Shown one piece after another: positions 61,461 to 64,000 of a stretch of 64,000 nt of DNA; position 1 is the first letter of the stretch; each line of letters opens with the position of its first letter. Both the position numbers and the translations under genes were made by a program. The DNA is taken from positions 15,577,155 through 15,641,154 of the forward strand of contig NC_068992.1 in NCBI RefSeq assembly GCF_001194135.2, read 5' to 3'. The notes beneath the pieces are model-generated. The model did not search any database. It saw nothing but the letters and a program-made list of their open reading frames with translations, and was not told where the DNA came from. This stretch comes from Octopus bimaculoides. Taxonomy: Eukaryota.

Positions 61461-64000
61461 TACAACAGTTTGATGACGTTTTCTAAATCTGAAACTTTGA
61501 AGCAACAACTCTATCACAGAGAGGATAGAGGTTCTGCTGTAAAGTTACACATTATAGGAGGTGATTAAGAAATATCTAGCTGCTTGGAGCCCAGTTCTAG
61601 CAATCGCAGCTGGCTTATGCTTCCAGGCTTAAACAAACGATAAGCAACTAAGTTATAATGAAGAATTGAGTAATAGCCAGTAAACTTGTGTCTATCTCAA
61701 AGCACTGTGTCTGCTCTAATAGATCTGATTATGGATTTTCAACATCAACAGTAAAGCAATTTTAATACTATTATCATATATATCATATTATTACCATACA
61801 TGTTTTTAAATCAGTTTAACCAGAATATTAACAAAACAGTTTCTTTAATGCAATACCTATCACATCTGTCTAAACGATTTTTACTCAATATTTAATCTAG
61901 CTATTATCATTGTCATAAACTACTTTATTCTGTATTTAATCATGTTTTTATCATTTGATAATGTCTTCATTTTATTTTGTCATTTAATTTTTTTGTGTAT
62001 CTCATAAGAATCTTTTTCCACTGAAAAGTTTGATATTTTTAATTTCGTTTAAATCTTTATCAGCCCAAAGCATTTTTGTAAGTTTGTCTTAAACAACCAT
62101 GGCTGCTTTCAGACTTTCTTTTTGTTAACCCTTCTTTCATTTGTTCTGAGCAACATAAGGGGTTCCTTTCATAAGTCCCAAGTTACTCCAATATACTGGA
62201 AGAAAATATGGGAATTTGTATCATATATGATGCATGGATGCCAGAGAAATATGTCCTATGTATTGACCCTTTTGATACCAACCTGCCTAAAACCACCTCA
62301 GGCTCTGTAGTACATATGTCTTGGGCCAACCAAAGCCTTGAGAGTGGATTTGATAGATGGAAACTGAAAGAAGCCTGTTGTATATGTGTGTGTACACATT
62401 TGTGTGTGTCTCTGTCTGTCTCTCCACCATCACTTGACACAGCTGGGCCACATCTTTCCTCTGTTTATAACAACAGTTTCTGTTCCTCCCCTATACTTGT
62501 ATCATTTCTCTCTCCCCTCATTATGACAACAATGTCATTCTCCATAAACATCTCTTCATACGAGAACAAACAACCCTGCACAGTTCAGAATTATTTTTGT
62601 TAGAGCTGCACCTCTCAGGGGAATTCCTATTTTGGCGAATATCTTTTCATCTTACTAACTAACTGGCAAGAATTTAAACTGTACATTGTCTGCATTAAGC
62701 TCACTCAATAATCGTTATACCTCGATATAAAAGTTTGAAAAAGGTTTACCTATTCAGACTAATCAATAAGAAAGAAAACAGAATGTATTTGGTGTAAGTG
62801 AAAGCTGGCAGCTTGCTAAACATATATCAAATGCTTTCAAAAGATCCTTTATAGAATGAAAGTCACAGCCTTTGTTTCTACAGTTATAATTGATTAAACC
62901 ACCCAAGTAATTAATCTGACATTATTGACAGTTTATAAATTTGTTATCGTAACTTAAAAGTAAACCAAAAAGAAAAAACAAAAACAAGAAAGAAAAATGA
63001 AACACTAGTTTTGGAAGTATTGATAGTTTCTGACATAGCTTATAGTGATTCTTTCAAGATACTACAATGATGTGGTAACAAAGACTGCAATTGATAGCTA
63101 TGTAGAACAGTGTGCTTTGCTTTGCGATACGTCCCAAATGTACTTTTAAGAGCACAATAAAATGTCATTAGATGTGGTTTGATATATAACCAAGAGCCTT
63201 GTAAAATACAGTACATTAACCATTTCACCAATATACTTGAAACAGTTGTATGAATACAAAACGAAATGAGACGGAAATATGAAAACAAAGTTGTGGTTTC
63301 AATCCTTCACACAATATTTATTGTTTACAAAATGAACGTCAAACCCAATGGTCTGACAGAGTTAACAGAAAAGAGGAAAAAAAAGTTCTTTTCATAATAA
63401 CAGCGTTTATCATAGAGACAGTTCTTTATGTGTGCTAAGTCTAGGTGTCAAGTTCTAAAGCTGGTGGCTGGAAGGCTGCTAATGCACTACAGTCTGTGTT
63501 TGGATACCTGCTTGATGGCTCTTTCATTGTTTTTGGTGGGGAGACCTTATGCAGGTTTTGATTGATTGCCCTCAACAACCATGGCTGGATTTTTGGCAAT
63601 TTTTGAATGATTAATTTTTAGCTGATGGTAGTCAGGCCATCTGTTATCTGGCCAATGAGCATTATTGGATAATTTCTTTATGACGTCATCAGATTCAGTT
63701 GTTGTTGACAAAGTTTTCTTAATCAACAAAAAAGCAAGTCTCAGGTTCAAAATGGGGCAAAAACTTGCTACGATATCAACTAATATTAAAGCAAAACCAC
63801 AATTTCACTGTATGTTTACATCAAATTATATGCATGTTTTATGTAAAAATGTTTCCACTTCACCCATTCATTTATCTACTCGTTTGTTTAATATTCATCT
63901 TTTTTTCCTTCCATGCTGGCATGGAATGGATGGACATGTTTTTGAGGAAGGATTTCATGGCCAGATGCTCTTCCCACTGCCAACCCTTACCAGTTTTTCA

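Noticed and set aside
63547-63750. 67-aa minus-strand ORF as the first coding exon
   Set aside because: It ends in a stop before any donor and has no recognisable similarity; may be 5' UTR or intron.

Overview
AT-rich, microsatellite-dense metazoan genomic DNA from a draft assembly with eight N-gaps. The tRNA-derived SINE families and repeat style suggest a coleoid cephalopod, probably an octopus (inference). Most listed ORFs are microsatellite, gap or antisense artefacts. The real coding content is a large multi-exon gene on the minus strand. I assembled a phase-consistent GT-AG chain for its C-terminal ~435 aa (exons 40198-40425, 20684-21215, 20134-20309, 16685-16750, 11407-11509, 9210-9418) plus upstream coiled-coil exons (58039-58106, 56603-56702). 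The layout is N-terminal coiled coil, long S/T/P-rich region and Phe-rich tail ending FSLF. Together with several motifs, it resembles the synaptonemal-complex central-element protein SIX6OS1/C14orf39; that comparison is from memory and needs a search. The middle and first exons are unresolved. The introns hold four SINE families, RTE, Penelope-like and R4/Dong-like retroelement fragments, a Helitron 3' fragment with its terminus intact, two LTR+PBS remnants, and piggyBac-, hAT- and foldback-type MITEs. A weak plus-strand spliced gene candidate lies in the first 1.4 kb.
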